63,364 nucleotides of DNA, filler included, from Octopus bimaculoides (GCF_001194135.2; 7 parts of 5 records of this genome joined end to end with filler, not necessarily neighbours in it), one strand, 5' to 3'; positions 24,737 to 36,162 are shown, counted from the first letter of the whole stretch. Numbers and translations: made by a program. The notes: generated by a model from the letters alone, not told the origin.

Positions 24737-25078
24737 CTAAAATTAATAATTATATTATATTAAAGGGAACAGCAAATAACCTGCTCCAACATGCTATAAG
24801 AAGACACCAAAAGGCGCTATAAGCCACAGTTAACTCCTACAAAAACATTGCTTTAATCCCGAAATTGGACCATATACACAATTTGGACCCTATACACAAT
24901 TTACTGTGGAGTTTTAGGTTGTGATTTTCATTTACTCGCTTACAACCCGTGTTTTTGTAAGAGTTAACAGTGGCATATAGCGCCTATTGGTGTCTTCTTA
25001 TAGCATGTTGGAGCAGGTTATTTCTTGATTCCTTTGATATAATTATATAATTTATATATATATAATTATTAATTTTAG
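24737..25078. mobile_element. Foldback/MITE-like element with about 115-bp inverted arms
   Basis: aataacctgctccaacatgctataagaagacaccaaaaggcgctataagccacagttaactcctacaaaaaca is mirrored by tgtttttgtaagagttaacagtggcatatagcgcctattggtgtcttcttatagcatgttggagcaggttatt. The outer ends ctaaaattaataattat / ataattattaattttag also match. Confidence 0.8.
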
Positions 25079-25147
25079 TATATAATTTACCCACAAAGTT
25101 TTATCTCATGCTGTAACATGATTTTATCCTGATTTCTATGAAGAATA

Positions 25148-25214
<67 letters not shown>

Positions 25215-26148
25215 NNNNNNNNNNNNNNNNNNNNNNNNNNNNNNNNNNNNNNNNNNNNNNNNNNNNNNNNNNNNNNNNNNNNNNNNNNNNNNNNNNNNNN
25301 NNNNNNNNNNNNNNNNNNNNNNNNNNNNNNNNNNNNNNNNNNNNNNNNNNNNNNNNNNNNNNNNNNNNNNNNNNNNNNNNNNNNNNNNNNNNNNNNNNNN
25401 NNNNNNNNNNNNNNNNNNNNNNNNNNNNNNNNNNNNNNNNNNNNNNNNNNNNNNNNNNNNNNNNNNNNNNNNNNNNNNNNNNNNNNNNNNNNNNNNNNNN
25501 NNNNNNNNNNNNNNNNNNNNNNNNNNNNNNNNNNNNNNNNNNNNNNNNNNNNNNNNNNNNNNNNNNNNNNNNNNNNNNNNNNNNNNNNNNNNNNNNNNNN
25601 NNNNNNNNNNNNNNNNNNNNNNNNNNNNNNNNNNNNNNNNNNNNNNNNNNNNNNNNNNNNNNNNNNNNNNNNNNNNNNNNNNNNNNNNNNNNNNNNNNNN
25701 NNNNNNNNNNNNNNNNNNNNNNNNNNNNNNNNNNNNNNNNNNNNNNNNNNNNNNNNNNNNNNNNNNNNNNNNNNNNNNNNNNNNNNNNNNNNNNNNNNNN
25801 NNNNNNNNNNNNNNNNNNNNNNNNNNNNNNNNNNNNNNNNNNNNNNNNNNNNNNNNNNNNNNNNNNNNNNNNNNNNNNNNNNNNNNNNNNNNNNNNNNNN
25901 NNNNNNNNNNNNNNNNNNNNNNNNNNNNNNNNNNNNNNNNNNNNNNNNNNNNNNNNNNNNNNNNNNNNNNNNNNNNNNNNNNNNNNNNNNNNNNNNNNNN
26001 NNNNNNNNNNNNNNNNNNNNNNNNNNNNNNNNNNNNNNNNNNNNNNNNNNNNNNNNNNNNNNNNNNNNNNNNNNNNNNNNNNNNNNNNNNNNNNNNNNNN
26101 NNNNNNNNNNNNNNNNNNNNNNNNNNNNNNNNNNNNNNNNNNNNNNNN

Positions 26149-26220
<72 letters not shown>

Positions 26221-26249
26221 TATATAGTTTAAATTTACAGAACAAATAA

Positions 26250-27145
26250 AAGACGAAGACAGGTGTATGAACAACAAGCAGGTGTATTAGTTTGACGCTC
26301 GGGAAAGTGAAAAAGTCTTTTACGTTTCGAGTCTACGCTCTTCAACAGAAAGGAATAAGAGAAAATAGAGAGAGTATAAAAAACTTGTGTATTTATATAT
26401 ATATATATATATAGGGAAAATTCACTAAAAACAATAGGCGAAGACAGTTGGTGTTGAAAACATATAGATGTATTAGTATAACGCTCAGAAATTGAGAAAG
26501 TCTTTAACGTTTCGAGCCTACGCTCTTCTACAGAAAGGAACACGGAAAGAAACAAGGAGAGAAGCAAGGAGAGAAAAAAATGTGTGTAGTGGTCAGCGAT
26601 CTATCATGGCGAATGCCGACAGAAGAGTAAGAAAGTATAAAAAATAATAATAATCATAATAACAAAGGTTTTATGAGAAGTATTAGTATTCAGAAGACCC
26701 AAGATGGCAGGTAAGGCTATGTAAGTGTTACGGGAGGACCGTAGTTTGACTCTCGGTTCGATAATAATAATACGAGTGAGGAGTCTAAGGCTATGTGGAA
26801 TTTATAGGACTTTTATAAAGCGGAAGGTAGTCTTACAGCTGTTTCTGGGATATTAGGGATATCCCTTCAGAGACGATATGAGACAGTTAACTAGAGAAAA
26901 ATAGTAGAGTTCAATATGTAAGGAGTTATTTTGGAAAAAGATGGATATAGGAAGTATAAGGAGAAATAAGACAATAAAAATAAAAATATATTAGGATGTT
27001 ACAGTTGCAGTTCCATTATCCAAGGAAAGCGCTGTGTAGAATGGGTAGAAACGCTTATTGTCCATGGTTTGTAGATTCTGGTAGGAGTTCATATTTTGTT
27101 ATTACAAATGGATAGTGTGGCGACATAAATTCCAAGTGCTGTTCA
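26250..27145 (-). mobile_element. Penelope-like element 3' end with two tandem terminal repeats, each with a minimal hammerhead fold
   Basis: The minus strand begins EQHL.F..ATLS (a PLE C-terminus-like motif), continues through a long 3' UTR, then two related repeats (about 26440-26560 and 26255-26370) carrying CTGTNGAAGAGC-loop-RCTCGAAACGTH. Confidence 0.6.
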
Positions 27146-27269
27146 TTCAAAGGGGTCTTGTGGTCTGAATGAAATTTTGAGAACGTACTGGTAGGGGTAA
27201 GTAGCTAGAGAAGAGAATAGATATGTATGTTAGAAGGAGAATGGTATTAATCAAAAGGAATAGGAGAAG

Positions 27270-27274
27270 AAAGA

Positions 27275-27362
<88 letters not shown>

Positions 27363-27365
27363 AAA
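27270..27365. repeat. (GCAA)n/(GAAA)n microsatellite
   Basis: Seen directly. Confidence 0.95.
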
Positions 27366-27439
27366 GGAAAAAAATGAGTGGTAGATGGTGGTCAATAGAT
27401 TGACCACCATCTAGCAATTCCAGGTTGAATTTAGCCCTC

Positions 27440-27790
27440 TAGCCAGTTGAGACTAAGAAAATTAAAATCCCCTGTTAAAAGTACATTGTTCATTTGGGCT
27501 TTGACTTATAAGCGACAAAGTATTTCTGAAGTGATCTCCACGGTTAGTCACTTCAGGAGGATGGTAGGTAATGCCTATGATCAAATTGAGGTCGGTTGCA
27601 TGCATTATTAATGCATCGCACACTGTGCTAGAGTGGAATAAGAGGACATTTGTCGTCGGATATTCACGGACGAAAGATTCTACTCTTCCTTGTTTCCGCA
27701 TTCTGCAGTCAGTCCTGCGTATTATGTATTACGTTTGTTCTTAATAGCCTTTCGTAACTGCTTCAGTAAGTTGGTACAGTACTCACCGTT
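27440..27790 (-). mobile_element. CR1/L2-type LINE APE endonuclease fragment
   Basis: YIIRRTDCRMRKQGRVESFVR...VCDALIMH..LNLIIGITYHPP...FNRGF corresponds to the APE motifs R.DR..R.GGV, YRPP and GDFN. Confidence 0.7.
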
Positions 27791-27910
27791 GGTGGTGTGG
27801 CCGCTTTGAAAATAGTCAATAAACACAATGCCTTTTGTAACCCCAAAACACTATCACCTCCCCTGCAGAAGAAGCAACCTTGACTTTCTTTGGAGCAGGT
27901 NNNNNNNNNN

Positions 27911-27941
<31 letters not shown>

Positions 27942-27984
27942 GATATCCTAATAGCATTGATTATTTGATTTATAGTCAGTCTCC

Positions 27985-28412
27985 TATCATCCATCTGCAT
28001 GTGGTAAATACGATGAATGTTTTTCCTCGATTGTAGCAGTTGCAGGACATCTAGAACTTGGGTCATCTTCAACATTTTCCCTTCTCGTAAATTTAGCTGC
28101 CCAATTTAGCACTGTTGATAAAGCAGTTGCGTTATCCTCCAGTGTTACAACCATGTCAGCATGAATGTCCTTGGGAGCTAAACCGTTTTTCTGCAGGAAC
28201 TTCATAATACAACGATGCCAGATCTTGTCCATTTTCAAGGCAAATCGTCATTTGTTCCTTCTTCAAGTCTTCTTTGAATAGCCAGTGTTATTTTAGCTGG
28301 AAAAAAATGCAGTTATCAATGAAAAGAGTTGAAATTAATGCATGCAAGATTTGACACCTCCAGCATCACTCCTTCATAGTCAACCTATGAACGTTTTAGC
28401 CCACCTTCGTAC
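27985..28412 (-). mobile_element. mariner 5' part (TIR and HTH region)
   Basis: TIR TACGAAGGTGGGCTAAAACGTT on the minus strand, then MDKIWHRCIMKFLQKNGLAPKDIHADMVVTL...STVLNWAAKF...VEDDP. Confidence 0.85.
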
Positions 28413-28416
28413 ATCA

Positions 28417-28483
<67 letters not shown>

Positions 28484-28865
28484 ATTTATATATANNNNNN
28501 NNNNNNNNNNNNNNNNNNNNNNNNNNNNNNNNNNNNNNNNNNNNNNNNNNNNNNNNNNNNNNNNNNNNNNNNNNNNNNNNNNNNNNNNNNNNNNNNNNNN
28601 NNNNNNNNNNNNNNNNNNNNNNNNNNNNNNNNNNNNNNNNNNNNNNNNNNNNNNNNNNNNNNNNNNNNNNNNNNNNNNNNNNNNNNNNNNNNNNNNNNNN
28701 NNNNNNNNNNNNNNNNNNNNNNNNNNNNNNNNNNNNNNNNNNNNNNNNNNNNNNNNNNNNNNNNNNNNNNNNNNNNNNNNNNNNNNNNNNNNNNNNNNNN
28801 NNNNNNNNNNNNNNNNNNNNNNNNNNNNNNNNNNNNNNNNNNNNNNNNNNNNNNNNNNNNNNNNN

Positions 28866-29390
28866 CATGTATGTACATACCTTCATCTACATGTACATAT
28901 AGTTACATAACTGGGTGCATGACGTGGCAAAAGAACATGGACAAAATGATAAACAAGGTACAAAAAACAAGCAGGCCACATAGAAACATCTCCTTCATCA
29001 GCTGCCACCATTAAAACACCGGCGTTTCGAAGAATTAAAGCAGTACGCATCGTTAAAATGGTTCTTCCCACGAACACAAAGTAAATTTTTTTCGCGGAGG
29101 GTAGTGGCGGACGGAAAAAAAGACAGGAAAACGAAACGGTGAAATAAACAAACAAAAAGGCTGTACAGCCAGACGTGAAGTGTGTATGTATTGAAGGCTG
29201 TGAAGCACGAACAGGAGGGGCAAAGAAGTACGTGCGAACTTGGGGAATCCAAGAACGAAAAGAAATAGCAGCCGGACACACGTGACCAGCGCTATGTAGA
29301 GAGAAAGAGTAGCAGAGGGAGAAGAAGGGGAGGAAGTAGAATAAAAGTGAGCAGCGAGAGGTAGAGAGGGAGAGAGATAGTAGTTTCACC
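28866..29390 (-). mobile_element. Probable PLE terminal-region fragment
   Basis: The minus strand contains GCAGCTGATGAAGGAG (a hammerhead-like CTGATGAA) in pyrimidine-rich UTR-like sequence. The rest of the motif would fall in the gap. Confidence 0.4.
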
Positions 29391-29859
29391 CGGTCAGTTT
29401 GGATTATGTGGCTGTGATCGTTTTCGGTTAGGCATAATCTATAACAGCGTTTCTCAGCCTTATCATTTCGGGTCCGCTGTTTCGATTGGAGCCTCCAGCT
29501 GTATGAAAATTTCCCGATTCCCCCACCCCTTGTCAGAAAACAGTTTCAGGAGCTGTGAATAACGAATTTGTACATAGTCTGTTTCTGAGAGCTATTCTAT
29601 TGGCACTCTTTCTAATTTATTGATTTAATTATGAACATAGAAAGAAATTATTCATCAATCCATTTTTGTAAGCAGTTATATCTGTAAAAATTTTATTTGC
29701 AGAGAGTAGAAATTGAAAGAAGATATATGAAATGGACGTGTGTGTGTGTGTGTGTGTGNNNNNNNNNNNNNNNNNNNNNNNNNNNNNNNNNNNNNNNNNN
29801 NNTTAATTAATTAANNNNNNNNNNNNNNNNNNNNNNNNNNNNNNNNNNNNNNNNNNNNA

Positions 29860-29923
29860 TATAAGCTACAGGGGCATAAACACAGCAACACTGATTGTCA
29901 AGCTGTGGTGAGGGTATAAACGA

Positions 29924-29970
<47 letters not shown>

Positions 29971-30095
29971 CAAACATGTGCGTGTGTACGACAGCTTTCA
30001 GACTCCATCTACTAAATCCACTCAAAGTTCCACGGTGGAACTGAATCCAGCATCGTGTGGCTGGGAAGCAAGTTTCTTATCACATAGCCACTCCT
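29860..30095 (-). mobile_element. tRNA-derived SINE, decayed
   Basis: Reverse complement of the ggagtggctatgtgataag head and the ccatctactaaatccactca body. Confidence 0.8.
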
Positions 30096-31132
30096 GCCTT
30101 TCATAAAATATACATCTTTATCTAATATTTCATGTTGCGGTGTTTAGAATTATTTGTTTATTTATTTACTCATTCATTTTGTAAATGTTTTTCTCGTGCC
30201 TACAGTTAATGAGTTACTAGTCATTATACTATACCTCTACAGTTAATAAAGAGTTAATCATTATACTGTATTTCTAAAGTGGTAGTCATTACACTGTATC
30301 ACTACACTTAATGAAGTGTTAATTATAATTACAGCATCTCTAATTATAAATACATTGCATCTCTAGTTGTTATTTATTGCACACACTTCATTTACGTAAT
30401 AAATAGTTTTCAAAAAAAACTTCCAAACAGTGGAAATTTCACAATAGCGTCATTTCAAATCCCCGGGGTTGCTGTAATAGATCTCTATTGCTGATAACGT
30501 CGTTTATGCTTTTTTAATTTTTTTTGTAATTATTGTTGTTGGGACTCCTGATGATATCAGTTTTATTGGTGTTGTTGTCGTTGTTGCAGTTATAACCACA
30601 TGTAATATATGTACGACAGATTAAATAAATGATTAACACAGAAATTAATTAATTGAGACAATGTTTTCAAACAAATCTTCTTTGTCAGATTTATAGGGGA
30701 GTAGAGTAGAGTCGATTACATCAGAAGTTTATGCATGGTCATTGTCTACTAGAAATAGCAACCAAATATCCTTCAATCCACATTCTACTCTCTTGGAAAC
30801 GGGCACAGTAGATAATTTAGCCTGTGGGTCACAATGTTCGAGAACTGGTGGAATGATCATCCCTCAAATGCTTTTCACCTGCTGGATCAAGGACAACATG
30901 AAGCTAAATAGTAACAAATACTTACTAATTTACCGATCCTAAAGAAGTTGGTTAAAGACAAATCCAAACTTAGTATGATTCAAACACAGCGATGAACAGT
31001 GGTAAAATAGATTCCAATCAAGTAAGGAGATAAAGATTTCCGCCATCTTGTTTAAAAATCAGATACATAAAATATAGAAAATTTAAGACTTGTAGAGAAT
31101 AACAACAGCCATCTCTCTCTCTCTTTCTCTCC

Positions 31133-31173
<41 letters not shown>

Positions 31174-31229
31174 GCTGTCTATCTATCACTCTATACTTAC
31201 ATACAAACATACATACATACAAACATGCA

Positions 31230-31382
31230 ATGTAACTACACACGTGCTGTTGGTGATTTCTTTCCTTTCTTTCGACTTTTCCCATTCTCCTTTCCGACGA
31301 CGAGCTATGCTCAAAACGTCAAACTCTCTTTTCACCGAGCGTCAGGCTTATACATTTATTGTGCACGTCCTCTTGTTGTTTG
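31230..31382 (+). mobile_element. PLE terminal-repeat fragment with a degenerate minimal hammerhead fold (31290-31323)
   Basis: CTTT CCGACGA C GAGC TAT GCTC AAAAC GTC AAA, with a downstream gagcgtc...atacattt...tcttgttgtt that is related to the 11265 and 26255 repeats. Confidence 0.5.
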
Positions 31383-31577
31383 NNNNNNNNNNNNNNNNNN
31401 NNNNNNNNNNNNNNNNNNNNNNNNNNNNNNNNNNNNNNNNNNNNNNNNNNNNNNNNNNNNNNNNNNNNNNNNNNNNNNNNNNNNNNNNNNNNNNNNNNNN
31501 NNNNNNNNNNNNNNNNNNNNNNNNNNNNNNNNNNNNNNNNNNNNNNNNNNNNNNNNNNNNNNNNNNNNNNNNNNNNN

Positions 31578-31608
<31 letters not shown>

Positions 31609-31699
31609 CAAAGGTCACAATATATGTATAAAAGCGCTACTAATAGTTTCATATGTTGAGAAAACTCAAACTTATTCTTCAGATGCAAATCACATATAA

Positions 31700-32730
31700 C
31701 GAACTACAGAAAGTGGATAATAGAAGAAACGTAAAAAAATTGAGGAGCAGCATATAGAAAACGCAAACAGTAAACAACGGAAAACGGAAAACGAAAAACA
31801 GAAACGAAAATGTACAAAATGAAAAGTAAAAAGGTAAAAGAGCTATCCTCCTTAGCCCTTGAAAGATATGGCTGGAAAGATATCAAGTCAGTCGGGAATA
31901 GGCAGAATTTTCCAATTCTCCAAAATGTATTTATACATATGCATGCAACCACTGAAAATCTCTGACCTGGAGTTCAATAGAGAGTTAAGAATTTTAGATC
32001 TGAACAGGATCTGCGCTCTTTCAGCCATATATTCCATCCATTTACATAAGGTATGGATTTCTCAATTACTTTCCATTTGATCACATGTAGTGTTTCGTTA
32101 TCTTTCAAAGACCATACGTAGCTAGCCAACTTAGTAGCTTTACTTTTGTCACTGTGTCGGAAGGAGGCTATGTGATTGGCATAGCGATTTAAAATTCACC
32201 TTCACATAATCCCTTATAGGTCTTCTTATCAGTTGTATTATTATTTAGGGTTACAGTAACCTCTGCCTCATATATGATAGATTTAGTCATACATCGTTGG
32301 TCAAGTAGACAGAAACATGGGTCACGACAGTTGCAACTGGATTCAGGCTCTTGGTATTGACCATGTGTAATGATACTCTTCATATTATGGCAGCAGCTAT
32401 ATAATTTCACAGGTCTTTTAAATATTTTCCTGTATCTGTGAGTGGCTGGAAAATGTTTGCCTAGAAGTGACAGGAACCTTTTATCAATGTTGGTTTTTAT
32501 ATTAAAGAAAAAAGGGAGGGCTGAACCAAATAATTTTCCTTGGCCTATTTCTAGGTTTCTTATTATCCTGATTAATACTAGAGTGGTTATGTACTACTTT
32601 ATCTTTGATGCCACTAGATCTTTAATTAATATTTTGATTATTATTAGAGGGATTATAAATTAATTCATCTTTGAAGCCACTATTGGCTAGGGCCTTGTTA
32701 TAATAGGGGGCAGCTTTCTCGAAAATTTCT
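31700..32730 (-). mobile_element. Penelope-like element 3' part (Cys-rich linker and GIY-YIG)
   Basis: The minus strand translates to RKIIWFSPPFFFNIKTNIDKRFLSLLGKHFP...CNCRDPCFCLLDQRCMTKSIIYEAEV...KKTYKGLCEGEF.NRYANHIASFRH...TKLASYVWSLK...IKWKVIEK. Confidence 0.9.
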
Positions 32731-32794
32731 TTGGAATAAGAGAGGTTAGATTATTTACATTTGACGGATATTTGTCCTCATCTTGTTTGTTGTT

Positions 32795-32840
32795 AACACA
32801 ACGATTCGGCTGATATACCCTCCAGCCTTCGTCAGGTGTC
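32795..32840 (-). ncRNA. Minimal type I hammerhead ribozyme (this copy has one core substitution)
   Basis: GACAC CTGACGA A GGCTG gagggtatat CAGCC GAAT C GTT GTGTT. Stems I and II pair; the GAAA core reads GAAT. Confidence 0.7.
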
Positions 32841-32918
32841 TTGGGGAAATTTAGAACCTGGGTTCTCATTCCTAACGATGTTACTATTATTATATTATTA
32901 TTATTACTATTATTAATC

Positions 32919-32991
32919 AGGTCGCTGCCGTGAATCGAACTCGGAACCTTGGGGTTAGTAGCCCGCGCTCTTAACCACTACGCCATATGCC
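32919..32991 (-). promoter_or_regulatory. tRNA-like Pol III type-2 internal promoter (A and B box)
   Basis: GGCATATGGCGTAGTGGTTAAGAGCGCGGGCTACTAACCCCAAGGTTCCGAGTTCGATTC: A box TGGCGTAGTGG and B-box-like GAGTTCGATTC. Confidence 0.7.
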
Positions 32992-34299
32992 TGTGGGCAA
33001 TTATGGGGTGAATTTTAAGGCTTATAAATCTATTATTTTTCTATCCTTCCTCAATACCGGTTCCCATATGCTATTCATATCTGCACTCGGTCTGCTTAGG
33101 AGGTTGTTGTGTCCTAGCATATGTGCTGCTTCTTTTAGTTTTCGTATTTTCCAGTGTTGTTCCCTGTCTATTATTTTAACTTCATCCCACAGGGGGAGGT
33201 GGTTTCCATTTTTCCATACATGATCAGCTATACCCGGTTTATCAATATCTCCTCGTGTCTTCATAATGTTAGCACAAAAGAACAAGTGAGTCAGCATGAT
33301 CTATGCGCATAATTGCAACTGAGTATGCGTGAGATGTAGGGAAAAAGCAAGTGTGTACGCAAAAGGGTAGCATTTTTGAACAGCTTATCACTCAGTCTGC
33401 TGATAACTCGATCATAACCTAAACTGATGTTACTGAAAATGCTTAACGGTGTGCATCTATACATTTCAAGTTTGTTCTTCTGAGTACTTACAAACACAGA
33501 GGAATAGACTTTTCTCGGTCTTTTTCACATCAGCATTAAACTTTTTCTGCAACACCTTGAAGTAGCATTCTTCTTTCATTGTATCCTGAAAGAGAAATGG
33601 ACAGATCAGGACCTACCAAATGCATCAGTCACACACGAGCCATCAAAGAACCGCTACATGATCGCTTGATCTACTCAAAATAGCGATCAAATCTCCCTCA
33701 AATCAAACTTTAGCATCTTAAGAAAGAAAGTACTGTAATCTTACGCACGCTATGCTTGAATAAAAGAAAGGATGGTCAATGCTAAAATAACTTTGGTCAT
33801 ATATCTGCTCATCAGGGCTGGATAACAACAACAGTAACAACAATAATAATAAAAACAGCAACGCACTTATTATTGGTAAACGCAAAATGGTTGTCCTAAT
33901 AAAGTGTAGAATTTTTTTTTTTTTTTTTTNNNNNNNNNNTGCTTATTACTCCAAAGATAAAAATGTCTCTCATCTGCCCCAAAAAATGCTTCCCATTCAC
34001 TTATGGTTTTCAAGAAACCAATTTGTAAAGTCTTTATAAAGGAATTTATTTTGTTGCAGAAACTATTACCAATACAGATTGCCGCCAGGAATCTGGTTGT
34101 CTTTGTCAGCAAAAAATATATACAGTAAAGTTAGTGCCTGTGGGTAAGTTCATATACTGAGAGAAAAGGTGAGGTCTGACATTTCAAAGAATGACATTTT
34201 GGTCCAAGAAATAGAAAAGATTTTGATCAGATAATTTGTTAGGATTTATCTATGTAAAACACAGCTATTGAAGAGATAATTTGTTGGTATTGTACGATA

Positions 34300-34520
34300 A
34301 AATAGAGTGAACACTTGATCGATGTTGGGGCAGAGATGTTTATACTTGATGGGAATCTCAATTCGGAAGCTATCATCAGTAGATCATTAGTCACATGTGA
34401 CTGATGCGCCTTCTGTAATGGTGAACACCCAGGTTTTGTCATGATAGCCACGCTTCCTGTTGTTTCAAATTTCCTCAGCAGTTGTGTAATGGTTTTCAAA
34501 TCGAATGGATATTGTGTAAC
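34300..34520 (-). mobile_element. Tc1-like transposase HTH remnant
   Basis: KTITQLLRKFETTGSV resembles the N-terminal HTH segment of Tc1/IS630-type transposases. Confidence 0.5.
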
Positions 34521-34743
34521 TTCTCATTACCAAAGTAACAAAAGGTTCATTATAGGCGTATTAGGACATCATTAAAAATATATAGTCTTCTAAAGAGATA
34601 GTTGGCATGCCTAAAATAATAAGTTGAATTATGTCATGCAAACACGTAATATTCTTTTTGTGGTCATTAACAACCAATAAAGCAACACGTGTTAGTTTTC
34701 CGTTGGCTAGTTTTTATGTAATATTATGCTAGTATTTACTTAA

Positions 34744-34778
<35 letters not shown>

Positions 34779-34804
34779 TGTGTGTGTGTGCATGTGTGTG
34801 TGTG

Positions 34805-34846
<42 letters not shown>
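34744..34846. repeat. (TG)n microsatellite
   Basis: Seen directly. Confidence 0.97.
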
Positions 34847-34847
<1 letters not shown>

Positions 34848-35215
34848 GAGTGTGATAGAGACAGAAAAACACATATTTTATTCTCCTTCTCTTTCTCACA
34901 CACACACACTTAGACAGAGAAAGAGAAACACCCTTATAAACACACTATCTGTTTTAATCTGTCCTTCATTTTCTCTTTTTCACACGCTCCCTTCATCTAT
35001 CAATGCATTTTCATTCTTACTGCATTCTGTAGTTAATCTCTCTGTCTATTTACTTATATTTGTGTGTCTATCTATCAGTCTTTCTGTCTGTCTTTGTGTT
35101 TATGTCTGTCAGTTTATATAGATACCTGTCTGTTGATTTTTAAATATGTGCAATAAAATATGCAAAAAATTAATAATTAATCGTAAGATCAATGTATTTT
35201 GCAATGTAAAAGGGA

Positions 35216-35453
35216 AAAAATATACATGTTGTGAACATTGGAAATCATCAAGATAAAGAAAAGTGGTAATAACAGAGTCATTTAGGTCTGTCTCTAACGG
35301 TATGATACCCATTTACCCATCTCTTCTGTTTGGTGTTATCATACCGTTAGAGACAGACCTAAATGACTGTTATTACCACTTTTCTTTATCTTGATGATTT
35401 TCAATGTTCACAACATGTATATTTTTATACCCATTTACCCATCTCTTCTGTTT
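35216..35453. repeat. 90-bp near-perfect inverted repeat with a duplicated loop
   Basis: Arms 35216-35307 and 35337-35426 differ by one substitution and one 2-nt indel. The loop sequence is repeated at 35427-35453. Confidence 0.97.
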
Positions 35454-36162
35454 AATGTTAAGTGAATAGATGGTTTCTGGATAGGGAAAGATTGAACAGA
35501 AAGGTCCATCATGCACAAGAAAAAAAGAAAGGGTGAGAAACAAGAGAGTCAGTGTTTATGTAGGTCATTATGTGTGTGGTGGGGGACAACAGCATGCATT
35601 ATGTATGTGTATAAGAAGGTTCTTTGGTTAGCACGCGTGTATAGCTGTGTATGTGACGAAGTTAGAAGTAAAAACAACTGATTGTTAATACCAGAGAACG
35701 CTAAGATGCCGAGAGGAAATATCAGTTGGTGTTTACGAAGGAGCCTAATGAAATGAAAACCAAAAACAAAAAGTTGTTGGTATTTTTCATTTTTTATTTT
35801 TATTTTTATCTTTATTTTATAGACCCCCCCCCTTACACTTAGATCAACCTATCTATTATGATGCCTTAGTGTATCTAACTGTCTTTCTCACAAATTGTAA
35901 ACTCCTACTGATCTCTTGACTTTTCTGCCATTATCCTCATGAGCATTAAACTGCTAGATCCCTTTTCTCAACTGGATGCATTACTCAAACCGCTTTCTGA
36001 ACTATAGACTTACCTAGGATTATACGTAAGGAGGTAAACCTTCACGGAAATATGGATAAGCCCCCATACCTCCGGATCGGGATGAACTATGAGCCTTGAA
36101 CTTCATACATTTCTCTATGTCAAATTTTCTTTCTACATCTCCACATAAAAGCTTCCTGCATA

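Larger units (their letters stand above)
32745..33300 (-). mobile_element. Second PLE 3' end: GIY-YIG C-terminus, tRNA-like segment and hammerhead
   Basis: PGIADHVWKNGNHLPLWDEVKIIDREQHWKIRKLKEAAHML (a Poseidon-type GIY-YIG C-terminus), then a tRNA-like A/B-box segment at 32991-32919 and a hammerhead fold at 32840-32795. Confidence 0.8.

Noticed and set aside
29803-29814. TTAATTAATTAA islands inside N runs (also 47034, 51724, 53884, 57374, 61577)
   Set aside because: An identical 12-mer centred in similarly sized N padding, with stops in all six frames. This is a scaffolding linker, not biology.
32919-32991. Possible genuine tRNA gene (also the SINE heads at 21341, 51853 and 13737)
   Set aside because: The acceptor stem does not close properly and there is no oligo-T terminator. 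Each head continues into repeat-body sequence.
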